Below, piece by piece: positions 52,001 through 60,688 of a DNA stretch of 64,000 nucleotides (position 1 is the first letter of the stretch; each line of letters opens with the position of its first letter). Source of the DNA: Schmidtea polychroa (taxonomy: Eukaryota); NCBI GenBank assembly GCA_044892525.1, contig CM097886.1:122264001-122328000 (forward strand), in the 5' to 3' direction. Made by a program: the position numbers and the translations under genes. The notes under the pieces are model-generated. The model saw nothing but the letters and a program-made list of their open reading frames with translations, did not search any database and had not been told where the DNA came from.

Positions 52001-52702
52001 TTGAAACAGGAACAAGGACAAGTCAGATTAGAGAAATTGGATAAAATAGTATGGGACCTAAAAGAAGCACAACCAACAATCGAGAGAGGCGAAAAATGGA
52101 TACGAGAGCTAGTAAAGGATATGTTAATAATAACGAATCCACAATTGAGACGATTATGGCAACGAAAAGTGGCAAGCGTAGACGCCAGACAACTATGGAA
52201 TGTAATATCCGGAATAATTCCGAAATTAATTAAAGAGAAGACAAAAACCACTAAAACCGATTGGGAAGAGACAAGAAGAGTAATTGAGCAATTAACTCTA
52301 AACGCAAACGACGACGAACATCATTTAGTAGTATTAACGTATCTAATGTACAATTTGATGGGATTAGCAGCAAGAAAAATACCTAACAAACAATTCGCAA
52401 ATCATGTAGAAATGACCGTTACAATCATAGAAAATACAATCGAACCACATATTATCCGCGCCGGTGGGTGGAAAAGGCTCATACAAGCACCACGAAAAAA
52501 CGAGCAAGAGAGATCAATGCAAATCAGGTTGAAGAAATTGCTAAACGAGTTAGAATGGGAATTGCCATTGAAAGACCCAGTCAGCAGAAAAGCGTCAATT
52601 AATTCACTAATGATGACCATGATGATATGGATGTTATGCACCAGCGGAGCAGCTGGATTCACAATCTACGACTGTGACAATTCGATAATGGGAGAAAAAT
52701 AG
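49097..52702 (+). CDS. gag: Extended Gag polyprotein: capsid, 3 CCHC knuckles, Ubl, CARD-like, Ubl, Bcl-2-like, internal signal peptide and glycoprotein N-terminus
   Basis: FNG..F..NFE..W..L..RKQ..ESI..Y..EL..YFIEGL capsid; CRTCGKPGHWDRDC, CNRCGRRGHTENIC, CFNCGQPGHISRDC. Frame is open from 48818; first ATG at 49139. Confidence 0.9.
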   Translation: MDNLKETDEVRTPIMTNVVKTDEYKEKFRGEPFNGNANKLATFITNFEVYIDVCGWTSEAISKRMPLFLCDSALEVYLEAKERNTKLDNWESIKTFLRKTFGASKPINQALSELASRKQRANESITLYASELRRLAKKAMNGNLPEENLIGYFIEGLRREEVRASVGCQMCKTLEEAIDWATRCELHLPAQMNVMQEEGRIAAATIKTENGDNNNHEPKMNQFIPGAHQIFKPPQGRSNGNNSERNNSNNGNNFNNRRNTNDNKQCRTCGKPGHWDRDCYRSANCNRCGRRGHTENICQLRGCFNCGQPGHISRDCRTRSQPQRPPQRNNNYAPNPQRQSNPSEGKQMNVMQEISQMKQMMQQMMRPRQEQVPQQTQNIRMMRSTENLNNYEVQQHAQEWQRLQAEEERIKRERIQQRQEQPLRINMMRMVKEIKEQYCYNYGKNPRVVPMSEPEKPTETITAAKKENPATPLKGNQRIQKIFWKKIKDKIERENEKTKTEAEAINDGNEKQTSHLTHEMVQELESEELTIFENKKLKKVPRMRNLRINMMRTTKKVLSTDDDEDYVSSLGGEMLQLNENIDQLREKIGADEDESESDVTSESEDENIEMKLRKEREEAIKQVKEILPVVVRNQEFIDSIPYRRFIQKIMKLERNEKDLIPNEEKAIIKKYMEKMKQAETTRYVIKIGTSKGLERIWIKNAVTDELFDWIREHLGSSRKKEYLYQYQGEQIKPDMHLIDALIWPGETQILKLHKEKQPTNVHEWAKDAKAEYDFNIKLKLEQIKQCTLRRNLDKLIKQIQEQVEDNWDLLIARRTPDMHELMSRLRDTELLRMSDWRTINLIHKYGRLKETQPQKLEITIWLPNEEKRRIKMSNQSTVDDLVSKINQEITERVRSESSDGMIDEGQTDKIIDEWNEWLRNNDSSLPRTDNERNPSYERTREAGTMMEKRAKGRPKKQGEKPEFKTREQLKQEQGQVRLEKLDKIVWDLKEAQPTIERGEKWIRELVKDMLIITNPQLRRLWQRKVASVDARQLWNVISGIIPKLIKEKTKTTKTDWEETRRVIEQLTLNANDDEHHLVVLTYLMYNLMGLAARKIPNKQFANHVEMTVTIIENTIEPHIIRAGGWKRLIQAPRKNEQERSMQIRLKKLLNELEWELPLKDPVSRKASINSLMMTMMIWMLCTSGAAGFTIYDCDNSIMGEK

Positions 52703-52713
52703 TATCAAAGAAG

Positions 52714-55700
52714 GTGTTGGCGTATTACTGTGGACAATACTCATATTCAACCCTCATATTACCTGGATTAGATAAAGAAATAGTACCTATACAACGGGAA
52801 GACTGTAAAGAGCTTTTTAGAACCGGAGCGATGAGAATCCGGGATGGAGTAACAATACACGGACAAAGCGGAATGATCAAGACGGAAAGTATCTACATAG
52901 CCAAACGGGTAAAATCAACCGATGGATCATGCAACGGAGGTACATATACGATCCGAGGAGAGGTAATATCCGGGGTAGTAGTAATCGAGTCCTACACAGT
53001 GGAGTTGAAGGAATACGAAGCGCAATTCGACGCAAATAATTATCAAATGAAAACCAACCCAGCATGCAGAGCTACGGAAAACGTATGTAGAACGGGAATT
53101 TCGACTATAATATATGAAGCCAACACCCAAAAATGCCGTCTCCAATTGTTAAAAAGTGCTTTGTTCAATGAAGTAAAAGGAGAAATTTATGAAAACGAAG
53201 ATGATGATGAAGAGAATGGAAACGTAAGGATGCGAAATGGGAAACCAGTTCCACCATCCCCCAAAGAAAAGAGACTCACAACACAAAAAACAAATACCTG
53301 GATAGCCAACGGAAGTTATATACCCCCAGATATCGTTGGACAACAAGCAGCTCTAACCATGACACAAAATATGTATCCACAGTTACCAAGTCAACCAGGA
53401 GTGAACTATATGCCAACCCGAAGAACGAAAAGCGTAGACCAAGCTGATGACGTCAGAACAATAGCAGTAATGAGTTCACCAGGAGGCGCGGCAGTAACAG
53501 TCATGATCCAAATCAACGGGAAAGAGACAAGCGCAATGATAGATACCGGAGCAAATGTATCAGCAATAGCAATAAACCAAATACCCAGTAAATATTGGAA
53601 AGATATCGAACAAACAACTATCCATATTATTGCATGCAGTAAAGAAACCGTAGACGTAGTAGGAAGATGGTGGACTACGTTACGATATCAAGATAATGAA
53701 ATTGAAACGTATCTAGCGGTGATACCCAAACTGAGCGAACCATGTATAATCGGAACGGATTTAATGCCGGAATTGTTCAAGGAAGTAGTAATCGATTTAA
53801 CAACAATGTGTCTAAAAGACAAAATGGGTAGAATATGCAAGATGAACGCAATAATTAGATGCCCGGAGAAAATAAATGTACCAGCAAAATCACAGATGAT
53901 ATGTCAAATAAAAGTGGATACAGGAATGGAAGGAGAAGCCATTTTTGAGCCAAGCAAATCATTCGAAAAACGACGAGAATTACCATTAGCAAGAGAAATA
54001 ATAACAATAAATGAAGAGGGGGAAATACCAATTAACATCACAAATTTCGAAGAGGAAGATAAGATCATATATGAAAATGAAAGATTGGGTAGATTGACAC
54101 CCATGATAGACATCGAATTGCCAAAAATCACCAATGAATCAACGAAAGCTGAAGAATTATGGATAATTGATAGCACCTTGCTAACGGAAAAGGAGAAGGA
54201 AAGACTCCAACAACTATTGATAGAATATAAAGATATATTCGCAATTTCGGATTTGGATTTGGGAGCATGTGAGGTCACACTACACGCAATACCATTAATA
54301 GACGAAACTCCAATTGCGTTACGACCATACAAACTAGCAGAGAAGCAAAAAGAGATAGCCGAAGCCGAAGTACAAAAAATGCTAGATGCACAAGTGATCG
54401 AACCAAGTTGTTCGCCATGGCAATTTCCAGTAGTCATGGTGAAGAAAAAAGATGGTACTCAGAGATTCTGTATCGATTATCGGAAACTAAATGCAGTAAC
54501 AAAAAGAGACACATACCCGTTACCAGACATCAATGAGATGTTACTTATGCTGCAGGGGGCCGCATATTTTACGTCTCTAGATCTAAAGAGCGGATATTGG
54601 CAGATCAAAGTCAAGGAGGAAGACAAAGAGAAAACAGCATTCACATTGGGCCGAGATCTATACCAATTCAGGAAAATGCCGTTTGGACTAACCAACGCCC
54701 CAGCATCATTTCAGAGATGTATGAATTTTGTCACACACGGGATCAAGCAGTGTATGGTATATATTGATGATTTATTAATATATTCAGCAACATTCGAACA
54801 ACATTTGGAAGACATTAGAAACGTGTTCATCCGATTACGACAATGGAAATTGAAACTCAAACCATCCAAATGTGATTGGGCAAAAGAAGAGGTTACGTTC
54901 TTAGGACACATAGTGTCAGCAAAAGGCAAAGAACCAGATCCAAGAAACATAGAAAAAATAAAAACATGCCCAGCACCAAAAACCGTCACTCAAGTGCAAG
55001 AATTTCTCGGATTATGCGGATATTATCGTAAATTCATTAAGAATTACGCAGGCATTGCGAAACCAATCCAGGAATTAGTGAAAAAAGATATCTCATTTAT
55101 TTGGGGTGCAGAACAGCAAAAAGCATTCGAAACACTACGAGACAAATTGATTGAAGCTCCAATACTAGTACATCCTGATTTCAAAAAACCGTTCCTGTTA
55201 GCAACAGATGCCAGTGGATATGCAGCCGGAGCAATATTAGGACAACTCGATGAGGAAGGAAAAGAAAGAGTGATCGGATATTACAGTAGAACGTTTAAGA
55301 AGCATGAGAAAAACTATTCCGTAACTGAAAGAGAAGCGTTAGCAATAATACAAGCGATTAAACATTTTCGATATTTGTTATGGGGACACGAAATATGTAT
55401 CACAACGGATCATCAACCATTGGTATGGCTCGGACAGCACAAAGAAGCTTCAAGTAGGTTGATGCGATGGGCAATGCAGTTACAAGAATATTCACCGTTC
55501 ATAAAATTCAAAGCGGGAAGAGCAAATGCCAATGCAGATTGTATGTCCAGATTTATTTTTCCAGACTTAGTAGATCACGAAATGCAACGAATATGTCTGA
55601 TGGTAGCAGAAGATTTGGATTTTTGTCAATTACGGAAAGACCAACAAGAGGATGTAGAGTTGAAACAAATAATCGAGTATGTGAAAACCGGGAAAGCAGA

Positions 55701-57138
55701 GGTATATGAGAAGGATCAAAAATTGAAAGAACATATGGATAAACATCGGCATCGATATATTATTGAGAAGGATTGGTTATTGATAATGGATGGGGAAAAG
55801 AGACTGATGTGCATCCCCGAGAATAGATGTAAAGATCTACTAACACAATATCATGATGGAAGACTCGGAGGACATATGTCATCTAAAACAATTGCTGGAA
55901 TACTAATTGCATGGAGGAACCCGATCAAAAACGATTATATGGTAGATATAAACGAAACATTTACCAAAGGAGAAAACACCTTGATGAGAGAAGCGATGAG
56001 AGGACATCACCTATTCGAAATTCCAAATCAACTACTACAACGTGGCATAAAGTTTTCAAATCACAAAGACGAACAACTAATCAGAAAACGAATTACCAAC
56101 TTCGAAAAAGCTATATCTCAATTTACCGATAAAGTACAAGTAAAATTTTGGGAAACCGTGAGTGTATTATATATGATGGAAACTATGAATAACATTCGAG
56201 AAAACTACCTAAGTATTATTCAAGTTCTAACGGCAGAGGAACGCGTTAACAGTTCGAACAAGAAAAAGATAAAAATCAAGAAAATAACAGCAAGAGAGTC
56301 TGAGAAACGAGTCGATCAAATAATAAACGATGTAGCAACAACAAGTAAACCAAAGACAATAAACTCCGACCAAGAGATAGTAGTACGTAAGGCTAAGGAA
56401 GTATTCTTTGAAGAAATGCAAGATCTATCTGATGAAGCGATACTAGCAAAAATAATAAAAACAGTACACACCTACGCAAGAGACCAGACCACAAATTTAG
56501 ACATAGGAAAAATAAAAACATTTATACCACTAGCATTCACCTTACCAACAAAAGATTCAAGAACACCATTACAACAAGCCATTCTAGCAGCAAAGGAAAA
56601 CAGAGCAATAACCATCGTAAGAATTCTTAGAGACTTCGGAGAAGAATCGAATGCAAAAAATGAACAAGGAGAAACAGCAATGATGTATGCAGCAATAACA
56701 AATATACACCCGAAAACCTTACATATACTACACCAATCAGGTTCGAGACTTGACGAAATATCAAACGAAGGAAATTCTACCATGGATTGGGCAACAATAC
56801 AACCAAACTTGGAAATGATTAGATTCATTTGTAAAAATGCTACAAGAACTGAGGTAGAAAATATCTGTAAAAATACGTCACAATTCCAGTGGGATACGAT
56901 ACGGAAAAATTTGGAAGCCATGAAGTTATTGTTAACCTGGAAAATACCACAAAGCAATAAATATGCAATAAACATAAATGAGTTCTACGAAAACGGAGAA
57001 AATGCTATGGTTAAAAATACGCTGACAAAAGGAGGAACTCCGAAAATCATAATGATCATATTGAACAGAGAAGACCTCAAATTCACGCAAAATCAAACGA
57101 ACAAAAGCGAATCGGAAAACATCGTCGAATACAATTAA
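52714..57138 (+). CDS. pol: Glycoprotein fragment + Pol (PR, RT, RNase H, truncated IN) + ankyrin repeats
   Basis: IDTGA at 53539; YIDD at 54758; ATDASG..ERE..TDH RNase H; YHDGRLGGH then loss of the IN core; GETAMMYAA and GNSTMDWA ankyrin-like repeats. Confidence 0.93.
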   Translation: MLAYYCGQYSYSTLILPGLDKEIVPIQREDCKELFRTGAMRIRDGVTIHGQSGMIKTESIYIAKRVKSTDGSCNGGTYTIRGEVISGVVVIESYTVELKEYEAQFDANNYQMKTNPACRATENVCRTGISTIIYEANTQKCRLQLLKSALFNEVKGEIYENEDDDEENGNVRMRNGKPVPPSPKEKRLTTQKTNTWIANGSYIPPDIVGQQAALTMTQNMYPQLPSQPGVNYMPTRRTKSVDQADDVRTIAVMSSPGGAAVTVMIQINGKETSAMIDTGANVSAIAINQIPSKYWKDIEQTTIHIIACSKETVDVVGRWWTTLRYQDNEIETYLAVIPKLSEPCIIGTDLMPELFKEVVIDLTTMCLKDKMGRICKMNAIIRCPEKINVPAKSQMICQIKVDTGMEGEAIFEPSKSFEKRRELPLAREIITINEEGEIPINITNFEEEDKIIYENERLGRLTPMIDIELPKITNESTKAEELWIIDSTLLTEKEKERLQQLLIEYKDIFAISDLDLGACEVTLHAIPLIDETPIALRPYKLAEKQKEIAEAEVQKMLDAQVIEPSCSPWQFPVVMVKKKDGTQRFCIDYRKLNAVTKRDTYPLPDINEMLLMLQGAAYFTSLDLKSGYWQIKVKEEDKEKTAFTLGRDLYQFRKMPFGLTNAPASFQRCMNFVTHGIKQCMVYIDDLLIYSATFEQHLEDIRNVFIRLRQWKLKLKPSKCDWAKEEVTFLGHIVSAKGKEPDPRNIEKIKTCPAPKTVTQVQEFLGLCGYYRKFIKNYAGIAKPIQELVKKDISFIWGAEQQKAFETLRDKLIEAPILVHPDFKKPFLLATDASGYAAGAILGQLDEEGKERVIGYYSRTFKKHEKNYSVTEREALAIIQAIKHFRYLLWGHEICITTDHQPLVWLGQHKEASSRLMRWAMQLQEYSPFIKFKAGRANANADCMSRFIFPDLVDHEMQRICLMVAEDLDFCQLRKDQQEDVELKQIIEYVKTGKAEVYEKDQKLKEHMDKHRHRYIIEKDWLLIMDGEKRLMCIPENRCKDLLTQYHDGRLGGHMSSKTIAGILIAWRNPIKNDYMVDINETFTKGENTLMREAMRGHHLFEIPNQLLQRGIKFSNHKDEQLIRKRITNFEKAISQFTDKVQVKFWETVSVLYMMETMNNIRENYLSIIQVLTAEERVNSSNKKKIKIKKITARESEKRVDQIINDVATTSKPKTINSDQEIVVRKAKEVFFEEMQDLSDEAILAKIIKTVHTYARDQTTNLDIGKIKTFIPLAFTLPTKDSRTPLQQAILAAKENRAITIVRILRDFGEESNAKNEQGETAMMYAAITNIHPKTLHILHQSGSRLDEISNEGNSTMDWATIQPNLEMIRFICKNATRTEVENICKNTSQFQWDTIRKNLEAMKLLLTWKIPQSNKYAININEFYENGENAMVKNTLTKGGTPKIIMIILNREDLKFTQNQTNKSESENIVEYN

Positions 57139-57143
57139 GGGAA

Positions 57144-58508
57144 TTGGTAAAAGAATGGAATAGAAAGAGACATGCAGCAACAGGAAGAAAAGAATTTGAA
57201 TTCGAAGCAAAATTAGCAAGAAATAGAGTGCTAACAGCATATCGCAGATTGTTGAACGATATAAATGTCGAGGACGACATTTTAAACGACAGCGGGGGAG
57301 ATAAAGACGATAAAGACGACAATAATGATGAAACAGGTCAAAACGGGAATGGAGAGAAAGAGGAATCAGAGGAGAATAATCAAGGGAATAACGACTCAAG
57401 TATAAAAAAGGAGGAAAATAAGCCGGGAAACCGAACAAAGGAAGAGGAGAAGACGAATAATGGGAAACAGAGGGTATGCCTACTTTTTACCAACAAGGAA
57501 ATGGAGACAAATATGATGGTAATGATACTCATACTAACAATGGTAGAAATGATAACAGCCCACGGTGGAATGAGAACGATATAGGAAGCCAAAGAAACGG
57601 AAAATAAAGACAACAATGAGGAGGAACTAAAACAAGAAAAGAAAAAGCAAGTACAAGAACAACAATGGGATCTGAAGGAGGAATGGAATCTAAAAGAAAG
57701 GTGCATACTAGGAAGATGTGTGTCGAGAGCATATCAGAGACTAGTGTTAATAAATGAAGATACAGAACCGATAACGGAAGTAAGAATACAAGAAGCGTAC
57801 CGAAATCGAGACGGGAAGAGAATAACGAAAGTCAAAGGGAAGGAGGTACACCTGGGAAAAGGAGGTGAGGTAGTGATAACGCAACTCCAGCCAAGAAAAG
57901 AACACAAAGTCTGCATTTCAAGATTAAGACCGGGTGAAGACTGTCTACAATATGTAACACAGCAACAACCTCCAAAAGAATACACAGTATGCATCTGGAG
58001 AAAAGATACAGCGAGAGAATGTCGACGATACCCTGGGAAAAGAGGGAAGAAAAGAAAAGGCAACGATGAGAAAGAGGAGGAAGAAAAGCGCAAGAAAACT
58101 AGTGAGAAATATCAAGATAATTACGTGTCAGAAGAAGAAATGGAAAAAATACAAAAAATGGCAAAGGAAGGGATCAATGAGGAAATAACGAAAATACGGG
58201 GATTGGAGAAAGGAAAAAGCCAAACAGAGAAAGATGCAGAAACAGCAAGTACAATAACAGGCAATGGAAACTCAGAGACCATCAGTGTAAAGCAGATGAT
58301 ATGGATCAGCGGAATAATAATAATCGGAGCGTTCATAACTATAACGGGGGGGACGATAAAAATAATCCGAGATAAACAACAGCGTAACAAACTCGAAATG
58401 ATCAGAGCTAGAAATTTTCAGCATCGAGTAAAACGACCAAATAATATCAAGCAGGAACAGTGGGTGGAGGCCTGGAATGCTCAGCGCCCTCCAAACTCAC
58501 GTATATAG
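57144..58508 (+). pseudogene. Polyprotein tail: acidic linker, signal peptide, FN3-like ectodomain, TM, short tail (in-frame TAG at 57582)
   Basis: ORFs 57144-57584 and 57720-58508 share one frame with only one stop between them. Signal MMVMILILTMVEMITAHG; ITQLQPRKEHKVCI and QPPKEYTVCI motifs; TM at 58296-58367. Confidence 0.6.
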
Positions 58509-58677
58509 AAAGGATTATGACTGTATATAGATTGTAAAAAGTAAGTATATAATATTTATTTATATAACAGTATTCTATATCTCTATATAAGCGCGGTATC
58601 ACTATTATATAATGATGGGGACAATTAATATAAAAATAAAATTTAGATAAGAGTTGAAAAGTGTATATAAATTAGGA

Positions 58678-59037
58678 ATGGAGCAAGGAAATAACGAAAT
58701 GAACCACAACACAGTAACTGAAGAATTATGGAAGCAACAATGTGCCGTATTAGCACAATTAGTGTCTAATTTACAAGAACAAGGATTGACGATGCAAAAG
58801 AACCTAATCGAGAGTATGAACAGAGGATTTAGTTATTTGAAAATAATTGAAGACCAGAGGTTAAAAATCGAACAAATGCACAGGGAAATAGAGAGGATAA
58901 CCCAATATAGCCGGAGATAGGAAATCGAATTGGAAAGAATGGTGGAGGAAGCAGAACAGACAGAAATAGAAGATTGGTCAGAATGGCTAATGAGTAGAGA
59001 GGAGGGCGGACACGAAGCCGACTCTTCCGAACCATAG
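58678..59037 (+). CDS. Small coiled-coil accessory ORF with one internal TAG (58918)
   Basis: ATG at 58678 after an acceptor. Coding-like Glu-rich frame continues past the TAG to 59037. Confidence 0.45.
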
Positions 59038-59122
59038 ACCAAACCTAAATTAAAATGTAAATAACTGTAAATAAAATCTCGAGCCTGTATCGATAAGAAC
59101 TATATGTATATATAATTATAGA

Positions 59123-60511
59123 ATGGATAAACGACAAAGAGAAGAGTTCAGAGAGATTGTCGAACAAGTCCGAAAATCTACAACGATCAAAATACACAAA
59201 CATGTCATGTGTGGAATATGTGAAAAGTTGTTAAAGGAACCTCACCAAACCCAATGTGGATGTAGATTATGTAAGGAATGTATCAGTGAAACAATAAAAA
59301 ATAGACCACAGTGGTGTCCGGTGTGCAGAGAGACACTAATATCGAGTTTAGAAGACACTAACGAGGATAAAGCCGCAGTGAAAGACATGCTAAATACCAA
59401 TCTGGGATGCAAAAATACCCCATGCGAATGGAAAGGAGTAATATGGAAAGTAGTGCAACATATGGGAGAATGTATGTACAAAATCGGCCAATGTGAAAGG
59501 TGCCATAAAACTATTCGGGCAAGCGAAGAAAAAGAGCATCAAAACCAGTGTGAAGAGAGATTAGAAAGATGCGAACATTGTGGAGAATTAGATACGTGGA
59601 AAAATCTCACCAGCGAACATCACAATGTCCAAGAGGAAAAGGTATGTGCAGAGTTCTGCGGTGAATGCCCGAACAGATGCAACGAAAGGGGAATAATAAA
59701 ATTAGCTCAGCACCTAAAAGAATGTGAAAAGAAAAGAATGATATGTGTGCTAGGTAAATGGGGCTGTCCAACACTATTACACCGAGGAGACCTACCACAC
59801 CACCTAATGGAAAATGTAATAACTCACGCAGAAATGTGGTCAACTGCGTTACAAGAAAGCGAAGAGAAAGTAAAACAAATGAGAATAGAGATAACATCGT
59901 TGAAAGGGTTAGTCAAAGAACTACTAGAAGAAAGAGAAGCGTTCGAAGAAGCCCGAGCTAACATAAAAATGCAAATAAATCGTATAGAAATTAGCAACAA
60001 TCAGGCCAAGGTGCTACATCAAAAGATAACAGAGATAAATCTAAACGAAGTAATGCCAACAGCACCCTACATATGGAAGATAACGGGAATAAAAGAAAGA
60101 ATACGAAAAGCAAAAACCGGAGAAGATACAAGACTAACAAGCCCCGCATTTCATTCCTGGAAAAACGGATACAAAATGAAAATGAAGGTATACCCCAACG
60201 GGGACGGAACCGGATTAGATACGCATTTTTCGATCTTCTTTATGCTCTGTAAAGGGGAGTATGATGAAATATTAGAATGGCCGTTCCAGGCAAAAATCGA
60301 TATTACTCTAATGAACAACCAAAGTATACATGAGCAAAGCTTCAAAACAACGGGGAATCAGATAGCTTACCAGAGGCCCCTCAACGAAGAAGGAGCAGCA
60401 ACAGGAGCACCGACGTTCATCTTACAACAAAGGGTAGAAGATATGGCGAGAAATGATACCGTATATATCAAGATGACGGTTCGGAGGGAAGGAAAGAGTA
60501 GAACCGAGTAA
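59123..60511 (+). CDS. TRAF: TRAF-family protein (RING, Zn fingers, coiled coil, MATH), intronless, element-borne
   Basis: CGICEKLL..CGCRLCKEC..CPVC; C.N..C.W.G..H..C fingers; MATH YIWKI..SPAF..GYKM..YPNGDG..THFSIF..KGEYD..WPF. Confidence 0.95.
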   Translation: MDKRQREEFREIVEQVRKSTTIKIHKHVMCGICEKLLKEPHQTQCGCRLCKECISETIKNRPQWCPVCRETLISSLEDTNEDKAAVKDMLNTNLGCKNTPCEWKGVIWKVVQHMGECMYKIGQCERCHKTIRASEEKEHQNQCEERLERCEHCGELDTWKNLTSEHHNVQEEKVCAEFCGECPNRCNERGIIKLAQHLKECEKKRMICVLGKWGCPTLLHRGDLPHHLMENVITHAEMWSTALQESEEKVKQMRIEITSLKGLVKELLEEREAFEEARANIKMQINRIEISNNQAKVLHQKITEINLNEVMPTAPYIWKITGIKERIRKAKTGEDTRLTSPAFHSWKNGYKMKMKVYPNGDGTGLDTHFSIFFMLCKGEYDEILEWPFQAKIDITLMNNQSIHEQSFKTTGNQIAYQRPLNEEGAATGAPTFILQQRVEDMARNDTVYIKMTVRREGKSRTE

Positions 60512-60688
60512 CCAGGGTGAATAACGTTGTATATAATAAACCTGTATATATCGGTGTATATAACCAGTAAAATAATATATAATAGTAGTATGGGAACCCC
60601 AATTACGATAATCCAAAAATAAAGCGAAAATTTGTTGAATAATAAAATTGATACAAACTGAACTTATCAATATTCCTAATTTAGAATA

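Noticed and set aside
52678-52714. Programmed -1 gag-pol frameshift
   Set aside because: No canonical X XXY YYZ slippery site. The shift falls inside the glycoprotein exactly where about 40 conserved residues seem missing, so a deletion scar is more likely.
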